Of a DNA stretch of 48,581 bases, positions 12,035 to 19,562 are shown piece by piece. How positions within the stretch are numbered: the stretch's first letter is position 1; each line of letters starts with the position of its first letter. Under the pieces are notes generated by a model. It ran no database searches, was not told the DNA's origin, and saw only the letters and a list, made by a program, of their open reading frames with translations. The DNA is from Pseudoduganella sp. (GTDB taxonomy: Bacteria; Pseudomonadota; Gammaproteobacteria; Burkholderiales; Burkholderiaceae_D): the NCBI GenBank assembly GCA_039593645.1, contig JBCNOX010000001.1, positions 1 through 48,581 of the forward strand. The letters run 5' to 3'. Both the position numbers and the translations under genes were made by a program.

Positions 12035-13897
12035 ATGAGCTTGGACCTGGAAATTCGTAGTGCAACTGAGGCGGACTGGCCCGCCATCGAGTCACTCCTG
12101 GAAGAATGTGGACTGCCTTTGGCAGGCGCCCGCGAACACTTGAGCTCCTTCGTCGTCGGCGCCAGTGGGAACGAAATCAGGTGCGTCGCAGGCTTTGAGC
12201 TTTATGGCAGCGTTGCCTTGCTGCGCTCAGTCGCAGTCGCCGGCGCTTTGCGCGGGCAAGGAGTCGGTGACTGGTTGCTCGATGCGATCCGGTCAAAGGC
12301 ACGCGCTGAAGGTGTTGAGGCACTTTACCTGTTGACTACAACGGCAGCGGCGTTTTTCAGTAAAAGAGGATTCCAGCAAGTCGAGCGCAGCAACGCGCCC
12401 GACGAACTCAAAGCGTCGTGCGAATTCCAGGGCGCGTGCCCGGCATCGGCCACAATGATGGTCGCGCGCATCGGCAATAGCCAACTCCCCGTGGCTGTCC
12501 TCGGCGCGGGGCCAGTAGGCTTGGCTGCGGCGGCGCACCTCATTGCGCGTGGTTTTACGCCGCTGGTGTTCGAACGCGGCGAGTCGGCGGGCGCCAACCT
12601 CAATAGCTACCGCCACGTGCGTCTGTTTTCTCCCTGGCAGTACAACATCGACAAGGCTGCACGCCGGATGCTCGAGGCGCACGGCTGGACTGCGCCTGCC
12701 GATGACCACCTTCCGACTGCGGCTGAAGTGGTTGATGCATACCTGCAGCCTCTCGCCTCGCTGCCTGAGCTGGTGCAAAACGTCCACTATGCGCACCGTG
12801 TCATACAGGTGACCCGCGCCGGTTTCGACAAGGTCAAGACGCGTGGCCGTGAAGCGGCGCCGTTTGTTGTCAGGACGCGAAGCGCATCCGGTGAGCGGGA
12901 CCATAGGGTGCTGGCCGTGATTGATGCTACAGGCACGTGGTCGCAGCCTAATCCTCTCGGCGCCGACGGCCTGCCCGCACTCGGAGAAGATGCTGCGGCA
13001 TCGCACATCGATTACGGCATGCCGGATGTCCTCGGCGAAGGCCGGCCGCTCTACGCGGGGCGCCGTGTGCTGGTCGTCGGTGCTGGCCATTCGGCTGCAG
13101 GCAGTCTCCTGGCGCTGGCCCAGCTTGCCGAGGAGGTACCGGGCACGGAGATTGTTTGGGCGATGCGCGGCAACCGGTTGGCCAAGGTGTTTGGCGGCGG
13201 AGATGCGGATGGCCTGCCTGCGCGCGGCCAACTGGGCGCGCGGCTCAAAGCCTTGATGGAGTCCGGCCGCCTCGAACTTCATACTGATTTCCGGATCAGT
13301 GCATTGCAGGGGCGGGACGGCACCTTCGTGGTGGACGGCACCGGGGCTGATGGTGGAGCGCGACGCATTGATGGAATCGCTCGCATCATTGCCGCGACCG
13401 GAGCTCGCCCGAACCTGGATTTGACGCGCGAACTGCGGGTGCGCCACGACCCTTGGCTCGAAAGTACCGATGCGCTGGCGCCTCTGATCGACCCGAACGA
13501 GCATAGTTGCGGAACCGTGCGTCCACACGGCCACCGTGAGCTGGCGCATCCGGAAACAGGTTATTACGCGGTCGGTGCAAAGAGTTACGGTCGTGCGCCG
13601 AATTTCCTGATGGCGACCGGCTACGAGCAGGTCCGTTCCGTCGTGGCTGCACTGGCCGGCGATTTTGCGGCGGCTGACGACGTCCAGCTGGAACTGCCCG
13701 AAACCGGCGTTTGCAATACCCAATTCGCAGATACCCCTGCAGGCGACGTCACTGGCTGCTGTGGTGGCCCGGCGCCCGCTGGCAGTGAAGCCTGCTGTGC
13801 GCTTGATGTTGAGGAGAAGGCGAAAGGCGCCAGCGGCTGCGCCACGTCCAACGCCTGCAAACCACGCGGGTCCGCGCCTTCCGGTTGCTGTGCCTGA
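12035..13897 (+). CDS. Fusion: ArsN2-like GNAT acetyltransferase, FAD/NAD(P)H flavin monooxygenase and Cys-rich tail
   Basis: About aa 1-145: LLRSVAV, RGQGVG, LYLLTTTA, EFQGACPASA. Then GAGPVGL (FAD), DATG, GAGHSA (NADPH), HSCGTVRPHG, GRAPNFLMATGYEQVRS. The tail has three CC pairs. Single uninterrupted ORF. Confidence 0.85.
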   Translation: MSLDLEIRSATEADWPAIESLLEECGLPLAGAREHLSSFVVGASGNEIRCVAGFELYGSVALLRSVAVAGALRGQGVGDWLLDAIRSKARAEGVEALYLLTTTAAAFFSKRGFQQVERSNAPDELKASCEFQGACPASATMMVARIGNSQLPVAVLGAGPVGLAAAAHLIARGFTPLVFERGESAGANLNSYRHVRLFSPWQYNIDKAARRMLEAHGWTAPADDHLPTAAEVVDAYLQPLASLPELVQNVHYAHRVIQVTRAGFDKVKTRGREAAPFVVRTRSASGERDHRVLAVIDATGTWSQPNPLGADGLPALGEDAAASHIDYGMPDVLGEGRPLYAGRRVLVVGAGHSAAGSLLALAQLAEEVPGTEIVWAMRGNRLAKVFGGGDADGLPARGQLGARLKALMESGRLELHTDFRISALQGRDGTFVVDGTGADGGARRIDGIARIIAATGARPNLDLTRELRVRHDPWLESTDALAPLIDPNEHSCGTVRPHGHRELAHPETGYYAVGAKSYGRAPNFLMATGYEQVRSVVAALAGDFAAADDVQLELPETGVCNTQFADTPAGDVTGCCGGPAPAGSEACCALDVEEKAKGASGCATSNACKPRGSAPSGCCA

Positions 13898-13908
13898 GGG
13901 AAGAGAGC

Positions 13909-14799
13909 ATGCGTTCACTTTTCATGCGTGGATTCCTTCCACTTTCCCTGGCGCTCAGCGTCGCGTCGTTCTGGTTTGCGTTGACTCGTGGCGGCAATCT
14001 GGAGTTGGCTGTCGTCTTGCCCGCGGTGGCGGTCATGCTAGTCAGCGTAGTTGCTGAGCGCCGATGGCCGTACCGTGACGAATGGTCTCGTTCGCGGGAT
14101 GACGTGGCGACCGATCTTGCTAGTGCCGCTGTATTATTTGCAGCCGTGGATCCATTGCTAAAGTGGTTGGGGCCTCTCGCGGTGACGGCGGCGTTGGCTG
14201 GCAGCGGCACAGCGAAGGGGCTGGACCTGTTCCCGACCAGTTGGCCGTTTGTCTTGCAAGTGCTGCTGGCCGCGCTTGTCGCGGAATTCGGCGGCTATTG
14301 GTCGCACCGCCTGCACCACGAGCGTCCCGCGTTGTGGTGGCTGCATGCCCTGCATCATGGGAGTGAGCGCATGTACACGCTCAACAACTTCCGCTTCCAT
14401 CCGCTGAACTACGCGCTGAACTACCTGATGGGCATTGTGCCGTTACTGGTGCTGGGCACACCGGAAGCGGTGATCCTTGCGTACTTTTCGGTGACGCTAC
14501 CGGTTCTCATGGTGCAGCACGCGAACCTGCCGCTGCAAGCTGGGTGGCTCAATTACGTATTTAGCACCAATGAGATTCACCGTTGGCATCACTCCAGCCG
14601 CGCTGGAGAAGGTGACAGCAATTTTGGCCGTTCGCTCGTGATCTGGGACCAGGTGTTTGGCACGTATCGGAACCTTCCGGCTAACAATCATCCACGCAAG
14701 GTCGGGCTATACGAAGGAAGCAAATATCCATCGCGCGCATCGTTTACCGAGCAAGTGTGGTCGATTTTCCTGCCAGGCTGCTGCCGGAGCGCCGCTTAA
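13909..14799 (+). CDS. Sterol desaturase / fatty-acid hydroxylase superfamily membrane di-iron enzyme
   Basis: His boxes HRLHH, HALHH, QHAN, HRWHH, plus SNFG and WDQVFGT; TM helices; C-terminus PGCCRSAA. ATG at 13909. Confidence 0.85.
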   Translation: MRSLFMRGFLPLSLALSVASFWFALTRGGNLELAVVLPAVAVMLVSVVAERRWPYRDEWSRSRDDVATDLASAAVLFAAVDPLLKWLGPLAVTAALAGSGTAKGLDLFPTSWPFVLQVLLAALVAEFGGYWSHRLHHERPALWWLHALHHGSERMYTLNNFRFHPLNYALNYLMGIVPLLVLGTPEAVILAYFSVTLPVLMVQHANLPLQAGWLNYVFSTNEIHRWHHSSRAGEGDSNFGRSLVIWDQVFGTYRNLPANNHPRKVGLYEGSKYPSRASFTEQVWSIFLPGCCRSAA

Positions 14800-14808
14800 A
14801 GGATCGCG

Positions 14809-16008
14809 ATGAAGAGACCTACTATCTCAGTGCTGACCTTGGGGCTGACGCAGGTGATTTCATGGGGCATTCTTTACTACGCATTCGGCGTCATGGCGCC
14901 CGCCATACAGAGTGACCTTGGCCTTGCTGCCGCGACGATTTATGGAGCATTTTCGTGGGCGGTGCTCATAGCCGGCCTGGCGTCGGTTCCGGTAGGAGCA
15001 CTCATCGACCGGCACGGCGGCAGTCGCATCATGGCTTCCGGTTCGCTTCTCGCCGGTATTGGGCTATTCGTACTTTCGGGGAGCCGTGACATCTCCGCCT
15101 ATTACCTTGCCTGGACGCTAATCGGCCTCGGTATGGCAATGAGTTTGTATGAAGCGGCCTTCGCGACGTTAAACCGGAGTTTGCATGAAGCGTCCCGCAA
15201 AGCGATTTCGAATGTCACCCTGATAGGAGGGCTGGCCAGCACGGTATTTTGGCCGTTGACGGCGTGGACGCTTGGGCGCATCGATTGGCGTCATACCTGC
15301 TTGATCTTCGCCGTTATCTTGCTAGGCGCCTGCCTGCCATTAAATGCATTACTGGATGATGGGAAGGCACGGCCTCCCGCCAACCAGATGATGGAGGGTC
15401 GCCAGTTTGCCCTCGCAGATGCGATTGTCCACCCGGTTTTCTGGCTTCTGGCGACTGTTTTTGCGGCCCACGCATTCATATTTTCCGCCCTCTCAGTGCA
15501 CATGATTCCACTGCTTCGAAAAATGGGGCATCCCGAACAGTTGGTTGTTACGATGGTCGCTATCATCGGGCCGATGCAGGTTGTGGGGCGGCTAATTGAG
15601 CGGATGTTCGCAGACCGTGTATCGCCTCGAAAGGTCGGTGTCTTTACGATTGCAGGTTTGCCAGCTGCGATCGGCATGCTTTACGCGACGGGGGAAAGTG
15701 TCTGGGCCATCGTGCTGTTTTGCGCGCTGTATGGCTTGAGCAATGGAGTCCTGACTATCCTGCGCGGAACGTTGCCCCAGTCAATTTTCGGTCATGCCAA
15801 TTACGGAGCAATTTCTGGCGCGTTGGCTGCTCCATCCCTTATCGCGAAGTCCGGAGCACCGCTGGTGTTGGCGTTGATGCTCCGGGAGGATAACCATGGC
15901 CCGCTTCTCGGAGGATTGTTCGGACTAGCGTCGGTTTCGTTCCTGATTTACCTCCTGGCGGTCCGATGGGACACGGGGGAGGGCGCTACTTTGCTGAAAA
16001 GAGCATAA
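14809..16008 (+). CDS. MFS transporter (ArsK-like arsenical efflux candidate)
   Basis: LGLTQVISWGILYYAF, motif A GALIDRHGGSR, LYEAAFATL, GGLASTVFWP; about 12 hydrophobic segments. Confidence 0.8.
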   Translation: MKRPTISVLTLGLTQVISWGILYYAFGVMAPAIQSDLGLAAATIYGAFSWAVLIAGLASVPVGALIDRHGGSRIMASGSLLAGIGLFVLSGSRDISAYYLAWTLIGLGMAMSLYEAAFATLNRSLHEASRKAISNVTLIGGLASTVFWPLTAWTLGRIDWRHTCLIFAVILLGACLPLNALLDDGKARPPANQMMEGRQFALADAIVHPVFWLLATVFAAHAFIFSALSVHMIPLLRKMGHPEQLVVTMVAIIGPMQVVGRLIERMFADRVSPRKVGVFTIAGLPAAIGMLYATGESVWAIVLFCALYGLSNGVLTILRGTLPQSIFGHANYGAISGALAAPSLIAKSGAPLVLALMLREDNHGPLLGGLFGLASVSFLIYLLAVRWDTGEGATLLKRA

Positions 16009-16033
16009 TGGTCTCAGATTCGGGGCGATGGAA

Positions 16034-16053
16034 AGGTGGATCGATAGGTGGAT
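16034..16053. repeat. Tandem 8-bp direct repeat near the right att site
   Basis: AGGTGGAT at 16034-16041 and 16046-16053 (12-bp period), about 50 nt inside the attR-like repeat. Confidence 0.45.
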
Positions 16054-16100
16054 AGAATCCTGTAGAGCGGTTTTTTCACTCTTATTACCGCAGACACCCG

Positions 16101-16125
16101 CTCCGCCAGAACACTGAAAAAGCCC
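16101..16125 (+). repeat. Right direct repeat (attR-like)
   Basis: CTCCGCCAGAACACTGAAAAAGCCC, identical to 9201-9225. Confidence 0.9.
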
Positions 16126-16180
16126 TTCGGCACTTAGCGCGATCTAGAGCGCGTTAAGTGCCGAAGGGCTTTTTCTTTTT
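16117..16180 (+). terminator. Long intrinsic terminator-like hairpin
   Basis: AAAAAGCCCTTCGGCACTTA/TAAGTGCCGAAGGGCTTTTT perfect 20-bp stem, CGCG inner stem and a T tract. Confidence 0.78.
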
Positions 16181-16316
16181 GTTCGTCCAGATTCCTGCGC
16201 CAGTTCACCTTCCTGCTCGCGCAATTCACCCCCACCTTTCCCGGCTATCCGACGCTCGGTGCGCGGGACGCCATGCAACGCCGCTTGCAGGATTCTCTAC
16301 GTTCGCCAAATTCATA

Positions 16317-16348
16317 TTGACTATATCGTCAAACTGACGATAATGTCA
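16317..16348 (+). promoter_or_regulatory. Promoter with a double TetR-type operator for the catabolic operon
   Basis: TGACTATATCGTCA-AAC-TGACGATAATGTCA (two TGAC-N6-GTCA units) overlapping TTGACT and GATAAT. The 14-mer recurs at 25005-25018. Confidence 0.75.
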
Positions 16349-16392
16349 GTTATGGGGCCGAAACGGTTCCAAAGAAATGCAACGGAGACCAT

Positions 16393-17535
16393 ATGCCATC
16401 ACCTGACACCGTCCTTCGGCAGAGCCAGGCCTATCCAGAAAGCGCTCTCCCGGCCTGGATCCAGAAACTTGCACGACCCGCGGCGATCGCTAAAGCGCAA
16501 GCGCTGGCCTTCCTGATGTTCGAGAAGCCAGACCTTGCAGAGACTGAACGCTTCCTGACCGACTTTGGCATGTGCATGGTGTCGAGGACCCCGGAGCGTC
16601 TCATCATGCGTGGCACCGGCAGTTCACCATGCATTTACGTTGCCAATCGAGGGCGCCGTTCGCGATATGTAGGCGCAGCGTTTACCGTTGCCGACCCTGG
16701 TGAGTTGGCCCGGCTGGAAAGCCGGGCGGGTGCTCAAAAGTTGGCAAGTTGCGTGATTCCGGGTGGCGGGGAGGGTGTTGCGCTAACTGATCCGGCCGGC
16801 AACCTTGTTTGGATGATCGCTGGGCAGGACGAAGTTGCGCCTTTGCCGATGCGGTCGCCGACCCATATCACCATTAATGGTCCGGGCCTGACAACGAGGC
16901 TGAACGCCATCGTGAGGCCGCCAATTGAACCTTCGCTGATTGCGCGCATCGGCCACGTTGTCCTGCAGACCGTAGATTTTGCCGAAATGGCGAAGTGGTA
17001 CATGCGTCACCTGGGGCTAATTCCCACCGATGTCCAATACCTGGCGGACGGTTCGCCAAACCTGACTTTCTTCCGTCTTGATCGCGGTGCCCAGCCCGCC
17101 GACCATCACACCTTGGTTCTGGCCGGCGGTATCGAGGACAAATATGAGCACAGTGCTTATGAGGTGCTCGATGTGGATGCGTTGGGCCATGGCCAGAATG
17201 TTTTGCGCGCCAATGGGCATCGGCATATGTGGGGCATTGGCCGCCACACGCTGGGAAGCCAGTTATTCGATTACTGGTACGACCCGGACGGCATGGAGTT
17301 CGAGCACTACACCGACGGCGACGTCTTCACTTCCGATTACGAAACGCACTACCTGCCGCTTGACCTTGCCGGCATTTGGGCCTGGGGCGCAGACGTTCCT
17401 GCTTCGATGGTGCCTAGGCCAAGTCTCAAGACCATTTACCAGTTGGCGCGCCTGATTCACTCCGGCCGCATTTCAGTGGACCGTGTGCGCCTGTTGATGC
17501 AGGCGACCGCCGCAAAGAGCCGTCCGTGGCTCTGA
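16393..17535 (+). CDS. Two-domain VOC-family extradiol ring-cleavage dioxygenase (trihydroxytoluene oxygenase-like)
   Basis: Two glyoxalase-like domains. The C-domain has RIGHVVL, DHHTL, HSAYEV and WGIGRHTLGSQLFDYWYDPDGMEFEHYTDGD. Confidence 0.8.
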   Translation: MPSPDTVLRQSQAYPESALPAWIQKLARPAAIAKAQALAFLMFEKPDLAETERFLTDFGMCMVSRTPERLIMRGTGSSPCIYVANRGRRSRYVGAAFTVADPGELARLESRAGAQKLASCVIPGGGEGVALTDPAGNLVWMIAGQDEVAPLPMRSPTHITINGPGLTTRLNAIVRPPIEPSLIARIGHVVLQTVDFAEMAKWYMRHLGLIPTDVQYLADGSPNLTFFRLDRGAQPADHHTLVLAGGIEDKYEHSAYEVLDVDALGHGQNVLRANGHRHMWGIGRHTLGSQLFDYWYDPDGMEFEHYTDGDVFTSDYETHYLPLDLAGIWAWGADVPASMVPRPSLKTIYQLARLIHSGRISVDRVRLLMQATAAKSRPWL

Positions 17536-17556
17536 TCAACTCAAAGGAAAATCAAC

Positions 17557-18513
17557 ATGGCAGTGAAGGTAGTGCGTTACCAACATGGCGGACAGGTGGC
17601 TTGGGGCGTGGTCCACGACCGCAGTATTGCGCCGCTGGCGGCCCGTTTCAACAGCACCAGCGATTTCATTCAAGACGGAATGGACGAGGCACGGGCAAGC
17701 CAGCCCGCCCAGGCGACGATCGCGCTGGACAGTGTTCATCTCCTGTCGCCAATCACGGAAGATCGCCAGTTCCTGTGCCAGGGCATTAATTATGCGAGCC
17801 ATGTGCGCGAGTCTGGCATGGATCCCGACAAGATCGGCTTCAATACGATCTTTACAAAGGCTTCCTCCTGCATAGCGTCCGCCTTTGATGATGTGGTGCG
17901 GCCCGCCCACGTGCGTCTGCTGGACTATGAAATCGAACTGGGCTTGGTCCTGAAAAATCCGATCACGCAGCCGGTTGAAGTTTCGCCTGGCAGTCTGCAT
18001 GAATGGCTGGCCGGCGTCACCATCGTCAATGATGTGTCGGCGCGCGACGTGCAGCTGCCGCAGGCCCAATTCTATAAAGGGAAGAGTTACCGCACCTTTG
18101 GTCCAGCGGGACCATATCTGGTCCTTCTTGATGCATCCGAATGGCTGCGCTGGCCGGAACTGCATATGCGGCTTGTCGTGAACGGACAGCCGCGCCAGGA
18201 CGCGTATTGCGGCGACATGATCTTCAAGCCGCACCAGACGCTGACCGAGCTGTCCGAACTCCACAACCTGTACCCCGGCGACCTGATTGCGACGGGAACG
18301 CCGGCGGGGTGTGCCGCGCGCGCTCCGGGCAAGTTGCAGATGTGGCTTGTGCGACACCTCCTGTCGGACCAGGCGAAATGGCGTTTGTTTATCAAGAAGG
18401 GCCTGCGCAATCCGGCCTATTTGCAGCCGGGCGACGTGATGCGCAGCTCCGTCCGTACCGATGATGGCGCCATTGACCTGGGCGAACAACAGAACAGGAT
18501 CGTATTGCCATGA
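17557..18513 (+). CDS. Fumarylacetoacetate hydrolase family protein
   Basis: GINYASH, FTKA, LDYEIEL, NDVSARD, GKSYRTF, GDLIATGTP. Confidence 0.9.
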   Translation: MAVKVVRYQHGGQVAWGVVHDRSIAPLAARFNSTSDFIQDGMDEARASQPAQATIALDSVHLLSPITEDRQFLCQGINYASHVRESGMDPDKIGFNTIFTKASSCIASAFDDVVRPAHVRLLDYEIELGLVLKNPITQPVEVSPGSLHEWLAGVTIVNDVSARDVQLPQAQFYKGKSYRTFGPAGPYLVLLDASEWLRWPELHMRLVVNGQPRQDAYCGDMIFKPHQTLTELSELHNLYPGDLIATGTPAGCAARAPGKLQMWLVRHLLSDQAKWRLFIKKGLRNPAYLQPGDVMRSSVRTDDGAIDLGEQQNRIVLP

Positions 18514-19553
18514 GTGCGAGCTATCTTGCGGCCGCGATCGAGAAGTTCGACGCCGCAGCTCGGCCTGTGCTGCGCGAGTTTCCTCGGCGAGCGCCAGGTG
18601 CGGGAGAAATCGAAGTCGCAGTGGAAGCGGCTTCGGTCAACCCAATCGACGTGCGGCGGAGTACGGGGTATGGCCGATCGCTTTTCTCCTTGATGGGGGC
18701 AGCCAGGTTGCCGCTGACCTTGGGTAACGATTTTGCAGGCCGCGTAATGCGCGTCGGGCGCGGCGTTTCCCACTTGCGGGAAGGCGATGCCATCTTCGGA
18801 GCCGCTCCGCCGTCAAGCCGGGGTACGCATGCCAACTGTGTAGTCGTGCGCGCCTCGCATGCTGTGTTGCAGCCAATGGGTATGTCGAGTGCTGAACTGG
18901 CAGCCGTCCCGTATAACTTCCTGACCGTCGCGAAGGCACTGCAGGCTGCAGGCCTCGGCGCTGCCAACCTTGATGGCATCGATGTCTTGGTCCATGGCGG
19001 TACGGGTGGCTTGGGGATGATCGCGGTGCAGCTGCTGAAGCGTCGCGGTGCGTATGTTGCCGCAACCGGAAGCGACGATCGCCTTCCCATGTGCCGCAGG
19101 GCCGGAGCTTCGTTATTGATCGATCGCGAGCGCGACGAGTTACGTGCCTTGCCTTACCGGTTTGCGGCAACCCTGAATTTTGCCAACTGGGACGATGAAA
19201 GCGCCTTGCTGCGCTTGCTTGCTCCCAATGCGCTCGGCCATGCCACGACGGTCCATCCCTTGCTCGGTAATTTCGACCGGTTTGGCTTGTTAAGGGGAGG
19301 TATGGCTTCGCTCAGCCAAAAGCGCCGAATGCGTGCGCTTGCGCCGCGCGGAGCACGTTACGCCTGGAGCATATTCAGCGCGGACCGCGCTGTGCTCGAA
19401 GAGCTGGCTGCGACTGTTGGAACGATAACGCTGCCGAAAGTGCGCAGCTACACGCTGGCCGATGCCGCTGGCGCATACATGCATAACGAAAAAAGCCTGC
19501 CAGGACGCCCGGTGTTGATGCCGAGTGCAACTGAGCGCGCATACATCATCTAG
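18510..19553 (+). CDS. Zinc-independent MDR-family NAD(P)H oxidoreductase (RTN4IP1/quinone reductase-like)
   Basis: AASVNPIDV, PLTLGNDFAG, Rossmann VLVHGGTGGLG; no Zn-binding Cys cluster; ATGA overlap with the FAH gene. Confidence 0.8.
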   Translation: MSASYLAAAIEKFDAAARPVLREFPRRAPGAGEIEVAVEAASVNPIDVRRSTGYGRSLFSLMGAARLPLTLGNDFAGRVMRVGRGVSHLREGDAIFGAAPPSSRGTHANCVVVRASHAVLQPMGMSSAELAAVPYNFLTVAKALQAAGLGAANLDGIDVLVHGGTGGLGMIAVQLLKRRGAYVAATGSDDRLPMCRRAGASLLIDRERDELRALPYRFAATLNFANWDDESALLRLLAPNALGHATTVHPLLGNFDRFGLLRGGMASLSQKRRMRALAPRGARYAWSIFSADRAVLEELAATVGTITLPKVRSYTLADAAGAYMHNEKSLPGRPVLMPSATERAYII

Positions 19554-19562
19554 GAGACAGTA

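Noticed and set aside
16142-16149. Loop ATCTAGAG resembles the FRT spacer
   Set aside because: A six-base coincidence; the arms bear no resemblance to FRT.
16191-16230. Imperfect repeat TTCCTGC...TTCACC occurring twice
   Set aside because: Short and degenerate, with no supportable function.
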